NCBI GenBank assembly: GCA_964016885.1
Contig: OZ024740.1
Location: 308,698,001-308,762,000 of the forward strand
Reading direction: 5' to 3'
From: Eledone cirrhosa
Taxonomy: Eukaryota
DNA length: 64,000 nucleotides
Shown here: piece after piece, positions 37,140-49,846 of the stretch
Position numbering within the stretch: the stretch's first letter is position 1
Layout of the letters: every line of letters starts with the position of its first letter
Translations under genes and position numbers: made by a program
Notes under the pieces: model-generated
What the model saw: only the letters and a program-made list of their open reading frames with translations
Told to the model about the DNA's origin: nothing
The model's database searches: none

Positions 37140-37740
37140 CTCTCTCTCATCATCATATTTTTTGCGAACGCTTTTCCATGCTTGCATGGGTTGGACGGGT
37201 CCTTCACTGCACAGCATCTCTCCACTTTTACATTGTACATCCAACAAAACATGGTTTCTTCATTTCCTCTGCATGGCATACACAGGCATCATACAGCCTT
37301 CTTTTTGTATGTAGGGAGAAACCTTTTATCAGCAGCAGGAGCAGTTCTCTAAACTTTTTCCATCCTATACTTATTCTAGCTATTATACTCTAGGTACATC
37401 CTCCTCCACTGTTAATTAGGCCACCTAGGTAGTAGAAGCTATAAACCACGTCTATGGATCCTTCCTGTGATTTGAAAAGTTCATATCATTAGCAGTCTTC
37501 CTCTCGATTTCTCCTGTGCATCTTCTACAAGCAAAATCCTCCCATCCTGTTAGTCTACTCTTTATTCCACTACATTTGTTGTGTACCCAAGGTTTACATT
37601 GTGTGGAGTTCAGGCCTACTCTTCTGGATAATGAGCATGACCACTTCTCTGGGGGAATTGGAGTCCTGTCTTCTCTCTTATTCACTAGCACTTTAGTTTT
37701 GGCTAAATTTCCTCTCAGACTTCATAATTGAGTTTCCATA
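37140..37740 (-). mobile_element. decayed RTE-like LINE (same family as 31455)
   Basis: Minus ORF EKWSCSLSRRVGLNS..CKPWVHNKCSGIK; reverse-complement tail. Confidence 0.8.
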
Positions 37741-38050
37741 ATATGTATATATTTTCATATATATTATTTATTTATGTTCATACATGGAACAATATGTATG
37801 TGTGTGTGTGTTGTATATATATATGTATGTATGTATGTATATATGTGTATAAGCAGTAACAACTTGATTGAGAGAAATAAAATTTGTTAAGAAAATGAAG
37901 TCTGATAATTTTATTATTCTTATTTTATACAGATTTTATTATATTTTCTTTCCTTCACAAAGTCATTAACAATTAAAAGACATTAAGATTTTTTTTAAAG
38001 CAATCGAAAAGGATTGATTTTAAATGGTGATTGCTTTCTTTTATTTTCAG

Positions 38051-38102
38051 TTAGTACCGGATGACCCTGGCAAGAAATATTTCGATTTGATATCCAGTTC
38101 TA
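38051..38102 (+). CDS. ASAP: ASAP exon, PH (LVPDDPGKKYFDLISSS)
   Basis: tttcag|TTA...A|gtaagt; phase 0 to 1; resembles ASAP1 DKKSFDLIS. Confidence 0.92.
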
Positions 38103-38748
38103 GTAAGTTTTCTGTTTTGTTTCTTTAATATAACCTTTAGCTAAAAGTAGTTTAGTCTTTTTCTGTTCAATGACCCCCTTAGCTGGACATATGATTACCT
38201 CTTCTGTACGTTGGTATAGGTTTTAACTAGATATGTGGCTAGGTCTTTTGTTGGTCAATCCAATACATGTAGACAAGTCATTTTTTATTCATTGTTCACT
38301 TCTGTTTGTCATTTAACACTAATACATAGTTAGCCCACACACTTCTGGTGATGTGATAATCAGTTTGCACTAATACAGGGTTAGCTCATTCACTTCTGGT
38401 GACAGTCAGTTTACATTAATACATAGTTGTCTCATCCATGTGACTCATATTCCAATATTTCCATGCTACCATGTTTACAGCTTAAGTTGTTTCTATTTTA
38501 TAAAGCTCATTATGCCTCTGTTATATACTATGTAGAAGTATTGTTAATAGGGTATTTTTGTTTTTGTTGTTTTTGACATATAACATTGTGAAAAATTAGC
38601 CATGTCTTCTCTATTGTACGTTCATGATGTCATTGATGTCATGGTCAACTATTACTTGTCAAAATTTAGGACATCTTTGTTCTATGCTGTTTATTGTTGA
38701 CCTATCTCGATAAAAACTAATCCAATATTACATAATTACATTTTTCAG

Positions 38749-38797
38749 AAAATCGAACTTACCATTTTCAAGCAGATGATGAGAAGGAAATGGAAGA
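38749..38797 (+). CDS. ASAP: ASAP exon, PH (K-NRTYHFQADDEKEME)
   Basis: tttcag|AA...GA|gtaagt; phase 1 to 2. Confidence 0.95.
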
Positions 38798-38861
38798 GTA
38801 AGTTCTGTCTTAATAATTTGCTTTACAACATCAAAGTTTTACAACAAAACATTTTTTTTTT

Positions 38862-39910
38862 GTCATCTGGTGTACCACAGGGATCTGTTCTTGGCCCCTT
38901 TTGTTTGTGGCATATATTAATGTCATAGATGCCAACTTAAAGAATACCACAGTACTAAAGTACGCAGATGACATCAAGCTGTACCTTGAGATAAAAAGGA
39001 CAGATCCTGAACACTATAGATATTGCCTGCAATCTGACCTGGACACAATGCAGCAATGGATCATGATCTGGCAACTCAAGCTGGCTGTGGACAAGTGCAC
39101 CACCATGCATTTTGGGAGTAAAAACCCAGCGTCCACATACTCTCTCCACAACACTAATATCAAGAAGTCTTCTTGTGAACGTGACCTGGGCATTACTGTC
39201 AGCAACGATTTATGTTGGACGAAGCACATCTCTAAAATTGTCAAGAAGGCCGAGGGTGTCTTAGCATCACTCAGCAAGACCTTTGTCAGCCGCTCTCCAG
39301 CCATCTATTTAAAGCTGTATATAGCTATGGTGTGGCTACACTTAGAATTTGCATCACCAGTCTGGAACCCCTATCTTCCTCAGGACATTGACCGCCTGGA
39401 AACTGTTCAGGGATGTGCAACCAAGTGAATACCCTCCATACTCTGAACGCCTTACTTCCCTGGGCATGGATACATTAAAGCTCCGGCATCTGGTAACTGA
39501 CTTGGTAAACACCCACAAAATTATTAACCATCTTGCCAACAACAATCCTGAGTACCTTTTTGATTTCCATGTGTCTAACACACGTGGGCATGCCAATAAA
39601 GTCAGAAAACAGCACAGCTCCCATGACTTTCGGAAACCATGTTTCACGCTCAGAGTTGCTGAAGCATGGAACAAACTCCCTGCATCAGTTGTTAACTGTC
39701 GATAGATTGCATCCTTTAAAACCTCCATGCTTCGTGAGATTCGCCAACACTACACCTGATATTCCCCCTCCATACACATGTATATCATGACTCATACACT
39801 GTTCACTTCCCTGACATTTGTACACTATTCTATGTACTATACATGCACCTTTGATGAGTTGTAATGCACCTGAGCACTGTACACAGTAATTTCATCATTA
39901 TTATTATTTA
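38862..39910 (+). mobile_element. 5'-truncated CR1-group LINE (RT C-terminus and 3' UTR)
   Basis: SGVPQGSVLGP, KYADDIKLY, ERDLGI, HLEFASPVWNPY, NTRGH, RVAEAWNKLP; (tta)n tail; 3' ends also at 45570-45635 and 47224-47420. Confidence 0.92.
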
Positions 39911-40055
39911 TATGGTGGAAAAAGTCATGAACTTTAAAAGGGTTTTTTTTTTTAATATATATTGTTGATTTGATCACACCACACTATTTTGGAATTGAGC
40001 TGTTCTAACTTTCCTTATGTAACCCAAATATAATGGAGACAATATTTGTGTGTGC

Positions 40056-40090
<35 letters not shown>

Positions 40091-40254
40091 AACAAGAGGT
40101 ATAAGTCAACATTTCATAATTTACCTCTTTCATTATCTCTTGTTTATAAATTTACTCCGGAGTTAACAGACCTTCTTATGGACTTTGTTGAGTGCTCTAC
40201 CCTGCATACTGAAGTGGTGGTGTAAAACTAACACATAATTTGATTATATATATA

Positions 40255-40725
40255 AAAAGTGCAGAGCGATCAAAATAGATGGAAGCTATGGAATGGGTAG
40301 ACTTAAGAAAAATCTAAACAAGGTGATAAAAACTGACCTTGCTCACTTACACCTCTCTAAGACAATGTCACTGGATCGAGATCTTTGGCGCTATGCAGTT
40401 ATACAGAAGACCCGCCTTCCCTTGCATACAAACTTAAACCTACAGTGAGTAGGCACCTCTTAACCCAATATACACCCCATACCCCTACTCCATCCCACCA
40501 CTTCCGTCCACTGTAAAGTGGTCGTGTAGGTGACACAGTAAAAAGGCTCCCAGTCTACACTGTAAATGTGGTTGGTGTTAGGAAGGGCATCCAGTTGTAG
40601 AAAACCTGCCAGAAACAGTTCTGTACGAGCAAGACATGGTATCCCGATCAATCTTGCTTCAAGTGGGACAAAACTGTCCAGCCCATGCTAGCGTGGAAGA
40701 TGGACGTTAAACGATGATGATGATA
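40255..40725 (+). mobile_element. RTE-like LINE 3' end
   Basis: Homologous to 32200-32690. Confidence 0.8.
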
Positions 40726-40746
40726 TACATATATACGCACACGTAT

Positions 40747-41100
40747 ATATTGTTATACTTTGGAAGGGTAATACTGCCAATAAAAATGCACCTGTTGGTT
40801 TTCACTTCAATTTATTATAAACTTACAGCTGGTTAGTTTATTAACCGGATGGTTGTTTATTTGTATATTGTCAAAGATCTTTCGTCACACATTCTGTGAC
40901 CTCCTTAGTGACTAATTTATTTTGTGTCCATCTTTTCTTCTGTCCTACACCATCTTGTTATATCTGTATGTGTGTGTGTGTTTTTATTTATTTATTTTTA
41001 CATTTATTTACTTGTCACTAGATGGTTGCTTGTTCTATCTGTGTGTGTCAGGTTTGTTTTATTAGTTTGGTTTGTGTGTGTCTCTATATCTTTATCTTGT
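40747..41100 (-). mobile_element. probable Penelope pseudo-LTR
   Basis: Contains the hammerhead-like motif and ends in the same 35-bp sequence as the 28552 palindrome. Confidence 0.55.
40867..40916 (-). ncRNA. degenerate minimal type-I hammerhead ribozyme (G5 to A)
   Basis: Minus strand AUUAGUCA-CUAAGGA-G-GUCACA gaaug UGUGAC-GAAAGAUCUU-UGACAAU: stem I, core one change from CUGANGA, 6-bp stem II, GAAA, palindromic stem III AGAUCU. Confidence 0.6.
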
Positions 41101-41186
41101 CCTTAGATACTAGATAAAATCTTTGCAAAACAAATACAAAAACAAAGTATAAATATATATACATACACAGATATATATATATATAA

Positions 41187-41670
41187 TAAAGTTATATCTG
41201 TATAAATAGAGTGTGTAACCATGGCTGCCCCAACATGTATAAATATATACACATATCTAATATGTCGGCATGTAAACATGTCAGAAAATACGAATTTCCC
41301 TGTAAATTGAAAAAAAATGATAAACACTTTTAATCTATTTTTGGATCTAATTGGACCCGCATTAGAAGGTGTGTATATCACCTAATGAACCACAATGAAT
41401 ATGTATTTGATGGATATATATACCAAGTTGCTCTTAATATTATTCTGAAGTGGACATACTAATTTGCATACAATTTGTGCTTGTATTGGTAATTATTTAA
41501 GATATATGTAAAGAAGTGAGCTCGCAACTGAAGTGTATGGTAAAGTTATATCTGTATAAATACAGTGTGTAACTAAGACTGCACCAACATGTATAAATAT
41601 ATATACATATCTAGTATGTGGGCATGTAAACATACCAGAAAATAGGAATTTCCCTTTAAATTGAAAAAAT
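41187..41670. repeat. diverged direct duplication (~140 bp, ~354 bp apart)
   Basis: taaagttatatctgtataaat...gaatttccc..taaattgaaaaaa at about 41187 and 41541. Confidence 0.8.
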
Positions 41671-42030
41671 TAAGATATATATATGTGTGTATATGTATAT
41701 AAATATATTTGCACTCCATCACCACTGATTCTAGTCGTATTTGTTATTACTCTTGTTCAGTATGATTTCTTTAAATTTTTATTCTAATTCCCAGGGAATT
41801 TTTTGACCAACTGCTTTGGTTAATTGTTTTGTTTCTTTTTTCTAAAATGCAAGATATTTTCTTTAAAAGCAAAAATGTTTCATAGACCTCTAAAATACTA
41901 CTGTGAACTCCAAATTTACTATTTTTTTTTTTTGTGTGGACCCCCTATAATTCTGATATGGTCCCCAAGTTTATTGCAAAAAGTATCACCAAGTTTATCA
42001 TATGACATATATATATATCTGCTGTTACAG

Positions 42031-42200
42031 ATGGATCTCAGTCCTAAACAATGCCAAGGAGGAGGTGTTACTGAAAGCATTCCAAGACAACAGCAATTCC
42101 ACCTCAATAAACCAGAGTGTCCGTGAGTTGACATGTAGCATCATTGAGCGAGTGAAGCAGTTGCCTGGCAACAAGACATGCTGTGATTGTGGGGCACCAG
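42031..42200 (+). CDS. ASAP: ASAP exon, PH end / ArfGAP start (WISVLNNAKEEVL...LPGNKTCCDCGAP)
   Basis: ttacag|A...G|gtatta; phase 2 to 1. Confidence 0.96.
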
Positions 42201-42439
42201 GTATTATAGCCTCTTCATGTTTCTAGGCAGCATAGCTAGCCATCATCCCTGTAAATATAATAATGATAGTAATAATAGCCATTATTATTATCCTCATCAT
42301 TACCCATGATAACACTGCTTGATACCTTTAATGTTTCTACTATTTACTATCAGATCATCCAACCACAGATATATTTTTCCCAAGCTATCTTAAACACATC
42401 TATTACCACAACATTATTTTCCTATTTCTACATATATCT

Positions 42440-42905
42440 CCACCACCATCATTACCTAATATCACTACTACCACCACCACTACTTCTACTACTACAAATA
42501 TCATTATCATACTATAAGTATTACTGCTCTTACTCCCAACACCTCATCCAACACTAACATCGCCAATACCATCACCATAAGCATCATCACCACAAGTATC
42601 ATCACCAGCTCAAACACCACTATCACTACAACCAGGACTACTACCACCACCACTGTTACTACCAGTACCATTAGTATCACCACAACAATTATCAACACCA
42701 CCACGACCACCACTACACCATCAGTACCATCACCGCCACTGCAACCATCACCACCACTGCTACCATCACCACCACCGCTACCATCACCACCACCGCTACC
42801 ATCACCACCACCACCAAAGCTACTACCACCATCCCTACCACCACCACAATCATTACCACCACCAAAGCCACTACTACCATCACCACAACCAAAGCCACCA
42901 CAACT
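42440..42905. repeat. (ACC/ATC/ACT)n low-complexity tract
   Basis: Degenerate trinucleotide repeats filling the intron before the ArfGAP zinc-finger exon. Confidence 0.85.
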
Positions 42906-42950
42906 AACAATATCTAACATATGATATTTACTTTCCTCTTACTTCCACAG

Positions 42951-43084
42951 ATCCAGAATGGCTGTCCACCAACTTGGGTATCTTGATCTGCCTAGAGTGC
43001 TGTGGTATTCATCGTGAGGTTGGTGTCCACATCAGTAGGACACAAAGTATTGTCATAGATGAACTCGGTACATCCCAGCTGCTG
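42951..43084 (+). CDS. ASAP: ASAP exon, ArfGAP zinc finger and catalytic Arg ([44 protein letters not shown])
   Basis: ccacag|AT...CTG|gtatgt; phase 1 to 0; completes CX2CX16CX2CX4R. Confidence 0.97.
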
Positions 43085-44152
43085 GTATGTACTCCTTGCT
43101 GTCTCTCATATTCACCCAGCTACCACAATAAAATGACTTTCTCATTAAGTTGGCGTTTGAAATATAACTTAACAAAGGTTCTTAGAGAAAATTATGATGG
43201 AATGATTTTAAACACAAATAGCTTTCTATTATAGAGCCAACACACACAGTTGTTTCAGGTAGTTTGGTATCAAATAGATTAAACATAAAGACCAACATAG
43301 TTAAACACTTCCTGTTACTAATAGATAAACACTTTCTTACACATCATCATTACAGGAAACTTTAAATAGAAGCCATTTGAAAAGGAATTATTATAGTGAT
43401 CCCAATATGAAAAAGATCATATTATATAAGATGTCAATACAAATAGAAACAGGTATACATTCAAAGTCACTTAACCAGTTGTAGAATGCCAAGCTAAAGT
43501 CACCTCATACAACTCAAATGTGTTGTATTCTTGAGTAAAACACTTCATTTCATGTTGCTCCAGTATACTCACCTGAAAATAAGTATCAGCAATAGCTGAG
43601 AGTTTAACCCTGTGATGGACTAGCATTCTGTCCAGGGGGAAGTCTTGTACTGTCAGTCATTTTATGCCACAAATCTGAGATAAGCACCAGCCAGGCAAGC
43701 CTCATGGCTTAATTACCACATACTCAATAATGAACCACTTCATTCCATCCCTAAGGACTTTTTATTTTCTTCTTTGTAAATAATATATCATACTTTTTAC
43801 CTTTATGCACCTTTTTCATATTTTAAATTTATACACGGCTAGTGAAATAAATGATGAGAAAGAAAGAGAAAAAAGAAACAAACTGACAGTTTCACTTATA
43901 GGACAATATAAGATTCTTTGCATTGTCATGAAATTCTCTAACAGAGATGGTATGTAACTATTTAGTGATACTCCAAGTAACGGCAACACCAGTTCTGTTT
44001 ATATAAATCATATACTTGGTACAGAGTTCTCCCTACTTCTTTTCTATAATTCATATTATAGTGTGTGTATATATATATCTACAGATAGGGAAATAGATAG
44101 ACACTTACATACATACATACACATATTGTATGGTTGTTCTTCTGAATTTCAG

Positions 44153-44247
44153 TTAGCAAGAGCAGTGGGCAATAGCAATTTCAATGATATCATGGAAGCC
44201 AAACTGGCATTTGACACTTCACTGAAACCAAAGGCCACAAGTGGCAT
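44153..44247 (+). CDS. ASAP: ASAP exon, ArfGAP (LARAVGNSNFNDIMEAKLAFDTSLKPKATSG)
   Basis: tttcag|TTA...AT|gtaagt; phase 0 to 2. Confidence 0.95.
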
Positions 44248-44302
44248 GTAAGTGTATTCTTTCTCACTCTATTACTTTCTTCCTTTTTCTTCCTAATATG
44301 TC

Positions 44303-44334
<32 letters not shown>

Positions 44335-44338
<4 letters not shown>

Positions 44339-44820
44339 TGCACATCTAGACAAATGCGCAAGTAATAAGACACCCACATTCCAAGTCTTCCCATTTTATC
44401 TTTGCACTGACAATACAACAGAACAAATACGAATAAATAAGGAAAATATGTTTATTCAAAAATATAGACCAGCATTAAATATAGTTTAATATACATTATG
44501 TCAACACCATAACATGCTAATCATCCAAACAGACACATACATACACACATAACACCTTCTATTTTAGAAAATAAAAACCAGAACTAAATAAACCTTAACA
44601 TACGTTAATACTCTAACACCTTAACATGCTAACCACACACCCCACACACACGTAACTCCCTCCCCCATTTCTACCAACAGAATCATTTTCCTACACACAC
44701 AAAATATATATATATACTTTCCATCTTAACATGCTAACCATACTCCCACACACACAACTCCCTCCCCCATTTCTACTAATAGAAGACCACACACCAGCAC
44801 ACAAATAAACATACATATCT
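44335..44820 (+). mobile_element. Penelope-like element ORF end and 3' UTR next to (TA)n
   Basis: SAHLDKCA...FQVFPFY...RINKENMFIQKYRPALN* resembles a PLE GIY-YIG C-terminus. Confidence 0.7.
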
Positions 44821-44864
44821 CTACTTTTGTTTATTTCAATAGAAAGTCTGAATTTTGACACCCC

Positions 44865-45460
44865 AGCACACCAGCCATATTCACTGAACCAGAACAATTC
44901 TCCCCATCCCGTTTTTCTTGACCATTATCTTTGTTTGGCACAAAATTCTCTAAGAGGCTACAAAAGAAATTCCCAAATACGGGTGCGAAATTTAATGAAC
45001 TTGTTCACGTGACTGTCATAATTTCATTTATAACCAATCAAATTATATTTCAGCACATCAGTCATACTCAGAACAACTCTCTCCATCCCTTTTTCTTGAC
45101 CATTATCTTTTGATGAGTTCAAATCCCGCCGAGGTTGACTTTGCCTTTCATCCTTACGGGGTCGATAAAATAAAGTACCAGTAATGCACTGGGTAATTGC
45201 TGGCCTTGTGCCTAAAGTAAAAACAATTATCTTTTGTTTGGCATAAAATTCTCTAAATGGCTACAAAAAAATTCCCAAATAGGGGTGCGAAATTTAATGT
45301 ACTTGTTCACGTGACAGTTATAATTTCATTTATAACCAATCAAATTACATTTATAAAAAAAAAGCCTTTGTGAGCCACTTTTTTTAAAGTAAAAAGAAAT
45401 TCAAACACAAACTGGCGCGAAAGCTGATGTGCTTATTCACGTGACTGCATCAATCAAATA
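44865..45460. repeat. ~190-bp tandem module (2 copies plus a partial third) with SINE A inserted in copy 2
   Basis: Repeated gcgaaa / tcacgtgac / accaatca; SINE at 45113-45225 flanked by TSD attatcttttg. Confidence 0.8.
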
Positions 45461-45871
45461 ATATAAATAATAATAATGATGATAATAACCTATAATAATA
45501 GGTGCTCTGGGAATGATAAAAAGATTCACAGACAAATTCATAACCAAAACCCCAGGACTTACAAATATATACATGCACCTTTGATGAGTTGTAGTGCACC
45601 TGAGCACTGTACACAATAATTTCATTATTATTATACTGCATACAAAAGATAGCACTACTAGGCAATGCACACATATTACAAAAAGTACTATCAATACAAA
45701 AGAAACAACACCAGCAGAAACTTCACTGCTCATACCCAAAGTGCACAAACCTGTTCTTGGTAAAGCAGTAATGATGCACAATAAAAATGATAATAATAAC
45801 AATCTGTTAAACATCCCACCTCTCAGAGACTCCAGATATGTATATTCTTGTGGTGTTGCTTCTTCCATCAG

Positions 45872-46052
45872 GAACAAACGTCGAGAATTTATCAAGGCTA
45901 AATATGAACAGCACAAATACGTTATTCAAACATGTACGGACAAGGAAGATTTGAAACAGGAGCTGCAACAAGCCATTGCATCAAAAGATGTGTTTGCACT
46001 GTTGCAGGTACATGCTGAGGGTTTGGAATTGATGTCAACCCTGCCAAATACA
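45872..46052 (+). CDS. ASAP: ASAP exon, ArfGAP end (NKRREFIKAKYEQHKY...ALLQVHAEGLELMSTLPNT)
   Basis: catcag|G...ACA|gtaagt; phase 2 to 0. Confidence 0.95.
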
Positions 46053-46309
46053 GTAAGTATATATATATATTTTTACTGCTTTGTTATGGAGGGAAGGAAA
46101 GTGCCAATGACCCTCTAACAGAGCCTTTGAGATTGCTGAAAAATAAGGAGAAAGGTATCCTCAAACTTTTCTGAATGCTTGCAACAGAATGGATTCTGCT
46201 AAAAGTATCAAAGGGCCAGGTGGTGGTTTTAATCCAGGTAATACTTAACTAGGTTAAAGCGAAATTTGAATTCAGAATGCAAAAAGCTGGAACTTGTAAT
46301 GCATAGGAC

Positions 46310-46560
46310 AGGAAGACAAGAAATACTGGAGCTTGTCCAGCCACTTCCTCTTTGCACCAGTTGTTATCGAGATCTCAGGCGTCCTCGAATCCCAGACAGC
46401 TGAACTCCTTCATAAAATTGAATCAATAGCAGCCTGTCTGAGGAAGGAAGCCTACGAGGTGAGGTGGCTGTTGCAGCAGGGATTGCTGGCCTTTGTCTGC
46501 GGAAATGCCTTTGCCACTTTGTCTTCGGGGCACAGCTTAAACACCGCTCTGACCTAGGTG
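46310..46560 (+). mobile_element. CRE-like non-LTR retrotransposon C-terminal fragment
   Basis: RKYWSLSSHFLFAPVVIEISGV...EVRWLLQQGLLAFVCGNA resembles the KY..L...F.P...ET.G...QR.S.A..RGNA end of RLE-type elements. Confidence 0.65.
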
Positions 46561-46952
46561 TAGAGTTTGTCACCCTCTCCCCTTCTCCCTTTCTTTATCT
46601 AGTAGTTCTTGCTCTTCCCCTCCTTTTCCTCTCATTTATGGCATTTATAATTCTTTCTAATACAGCTTTTTTATTTCTGTATGTTTAACCAATTTATAGT
46701 TATATCAACAATAAATTTAAATCTACATATCACAAGACATCTCCTCTGCCTCTCTAACATTTCCACCAATTCACTATTCTGTTCTGGTACTTTATTTTAT
46801 CAATCCTGACAGGCTGAAATGCAAGGCTAGCCTCAGTGATATCTGAAATCAAAGAGCTTGAACAAATAACACAAGGCATTTTCTCCTTTGCTCTACCAAC
46901 TATTTTAATTTTCTGCCTGCATGTATGTATGTGTTGTATGTATGTGCGTATG

Positions 46953-46995
<43 letters not shown>

Positions 46996-47444
46996 ATGTG
47001 TATGTATTTGTATGTGTCTGTCTATGTGTATTGATATTGTTGGTAAGCCTCTAAGTGTGCCTTAATCCAGCAAACTTGTAATGAAAAGGTTTCCAGCCAT
47101 CTTGTATTTTAGGGTATTCAGATCTTCAATATCTCATGTGTTTAAACTTACCCCAAGCTAAAATTCTTTACTGCTCAGTCCTCTGCTAATGACCCTACCT
47201 ATAAATTTCCCAATTCCTCTCATCAGTTGTTAGCTGTCAGGACACTGCATCCTTCAAAACTTCCATGCTTCCTAAAATTTGCCAGTACTACACCTGATAT
47301 TCCCCTTCCATACACATGACTTTTGTACATTAATCTATGTACTATACAAACACTTTTGATGAGTTGTAGTGCACCTGAGCACTGTACATAATAATTTTTA
47401 TTACTTATCATTATTATCATATGTTCTACACTTGTATCTTTCAG

Positions 47445-47536
47445 GAGAACGATGACACTTCACTGCACATGTCTATTAGTCAGGAGGATGGCAACAGTTT
47501 ACATATGGTGGACTTTATTATACAGAACAGCAGTAT
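47445..47536 (+). CDS. ASAP: ASAP exon, ankyrin repeat 1 (ENDDTSLHMSISQEDGNSLHMVDFIIQNSS)
   Basis: tttcag|GAG...AT|gtgagt; phase 0 to 2. Confidence 0.93.
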
Positions 47537-47809
47537 GTGAGTATAACTAGGGTGATGGTGATGTGAGCATGTTAGATAGATTGTTGGATAGTGGTTTGGA
47601 ATTGTGAAACCATTGTTGGTAGGTATGTAGTATGTTTTGGGACTTCATGATTAGGTAAGGCTTTGAATATCAGTTTATATCGCTGTTTATATATACAGCA
47701 TTTGGACTGGTCAATCTTTCAATTCTATATCTATAATATCTGAACTAGTCAGCCTCATCATATATACATATAAAATATGATTTAATATACAATATACATA
47801 TATATAGTT

Positions 47810-48220
47810 AGTTAGTTAGGTCCCTACATTCTATGTGGAATATTGGCCAGCAACAAAAGATCTCCATCCTCTGCGGTCTTCAGCAAGATATTTGTCTTCT
47901 TCACGACTCAGCTCTTCCACATCTAGATCCTTCAGGTCTGTCCTCTTCCATGTTGTTAATGGGTGATCACATGTTCCACGTTCTAGTCAAGGGAGAGCCT
48001 TGTGTGTGTTGTTGAATGCATTCTAAAGACATGTCCAAGAAATCTCAGATGACGATCTTTCACTATGATGCTTAGTGGTTTCTGCTTAGTTCTCCCATAG
48101 ACTTCTTCATTGGTTATTTTATCTTGCCAAGAGATGTTAGGAATTTTTTGGAGGTACCTCTGGTTGAATATATTTAGCTTGTGGTCAAGTCCTGCTGTCA
48201 TCTTCCATGTTTCACTGTAT
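47810..48220 (-). mobile_element. RTE-type LINE 3' fragment (second family)
   Basis: SETWKMT, FNQRYLQKIPNISWQDKITNEEVY, LRFLGHVFRM; (taac)n tail on minus strand. Confidence 0.8.
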
Positions 48221-48729
48221 ATATATACCTATACAAAAATACATCTTGCTTTTTATTCAGGCATATTGTTTTAAGGGTAAAATTATCCATAGTGCCCTTC
48301 CCTTTTTTAAGATGATAGGCTGAGATTTGAGGGAGATTTGGCTGCTATTTCATGCAGTTCAAGCAAACATTAAGCGACTTCCACAATGGCTACTCAATAA
48401 TCAGTTTTTGTTGTTTAGCCCCATGTCAACCCTGATCTAGTAGTCTTATAATCACAGACATTCCAACAGTAACCATCCTGTCTGTTTTTCATAGAATATA
48501 TAACTAAGAGTACAGTTGCCAAGGTGACATTTTTTTAAAGATAATAGAGTATGATTTAAGTGAAATTTGGCTACTATTTCTAACAGGTCTTGCAAACACA
48601 CAGAGACTCCCTCATTGTCTCATCATCAATCTGTTTTACATACAGGTATTTTGTATGGTTTTGTTTGTATTGTTGCATTTATTTTTATTGAGTTATAACA
48701 AGACTGACAAAGTTTCAATCTGATTGCAG

Positions 48730-48916
48730 TTCTAGTCTGGATAAACGAACTAAAGAGGGGAACACAGCTCTCCATTTATGTGCCCAACTCAACAAATCTG
48801 AATGTATAAAGTTGATACTGCGTACTAAACCAGATATGGCTTCACTTGAGAACCATGCAGGCCAGGCTCCTCTTGAGATTGCCCTTGAAAATAACCACCA
48901 ACTTTGTGCTGAACTG
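48730..48916 (+). CDS. ASAP: ASAP exon, ankyrin repeats (SSLDKRTKEGNTALHLCAQLNKSECIKLILR...GQAPLEIALENNHQLCAEL)
   Basis: ttgcag|T...CTG|gtcagt; phase 2 to 0; an alternative in-frame acceptor exists at 48736. Confidence 0.94.
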
Positions 48917-49637
48917 GTCAGTTATCATCTGAACACACTTATTTTTATTTCTCCTACAAACTCTCTTGGGCGTGTAACACAGTATTATAAGTAGTGGCTT
49001 GTGTAGCAATTCTAATGACGAAATATGTAACACATTGCTAGAGGAAATATCCTGTATAGCAAATCTATTGATGTAGTGTGCAATAATATATTGAATACTA
49101 TAGGTTGTGTAGTAAATCTACTGCAGTCATGTATAACACTGTTACATGAAGTAGCTTATATAGAAAATCTATTGATGTAGTATATAACATATTAAGGGAG
49201 TAACTCATGTAGCAAATATGATGTGGCTTATGTGGTGAATTTAGAAACCCTAGTTGTAATGCAGGTATTAACATAAAATGACTTGTGAAGCACATGGATT
49301 GACTTTAAAGATCAACAATTGAAAATATTGGAAATACATTTTCTTTTATCATCTGATTATTATTACTTTCGGGTTTGTATTAAATATTTCCATTAATTCC
49401 CAAATCAACCAAACAACAAGGGATTTGTGATTCTGGGATTGATGTGAGATTGGACAAATTTGAAAGTAGCTTTAGCACCAAATTGCAGGAAATATTTAAC
49501 AGGGATGGTAATGAGAATGTTTTTACAGTGACTTTTATTTGATTATTTAATATGACATCAACTGACTGTAATTCTGTGATGTCTACCACTTTGTCTCCAG
49601 CAAGGTAGTCACATCAATTACTATTCTTCGATAGATA

Positions 49638-49846
49638 TTAAACCTTTCATGACCACATTTCTAATGAAATACACTCTATTTCAATTAACTAATGAAGAAT
49701 TTTGAGGGATTTACTAAAATTATTCATTATTTCATTACTAAGATAGTAACTTAATGTAAGGTTCTTATATAAAATTATGTTGGAAGATTTTAATTTAAAT
49801 TGGAAACCTTTAAAATAAGTGGTTTTATTTCATAGAACCAGAGCTG
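49638..49846. mobile_element. piggyBac-type MITE copy lacking the SINE insertion
   Basis: ttaaacctttcatgaccacatttctaatgaaatacactc..., collinear with 9221-9238 plus 9591-9780. Confidence 0.8.

Noticed and set aside
42507-42920. Gly-rich / Val-rich ORF on minus strand
   Set aside because: Product of an (ACC)n-type low-complexity intron tract.
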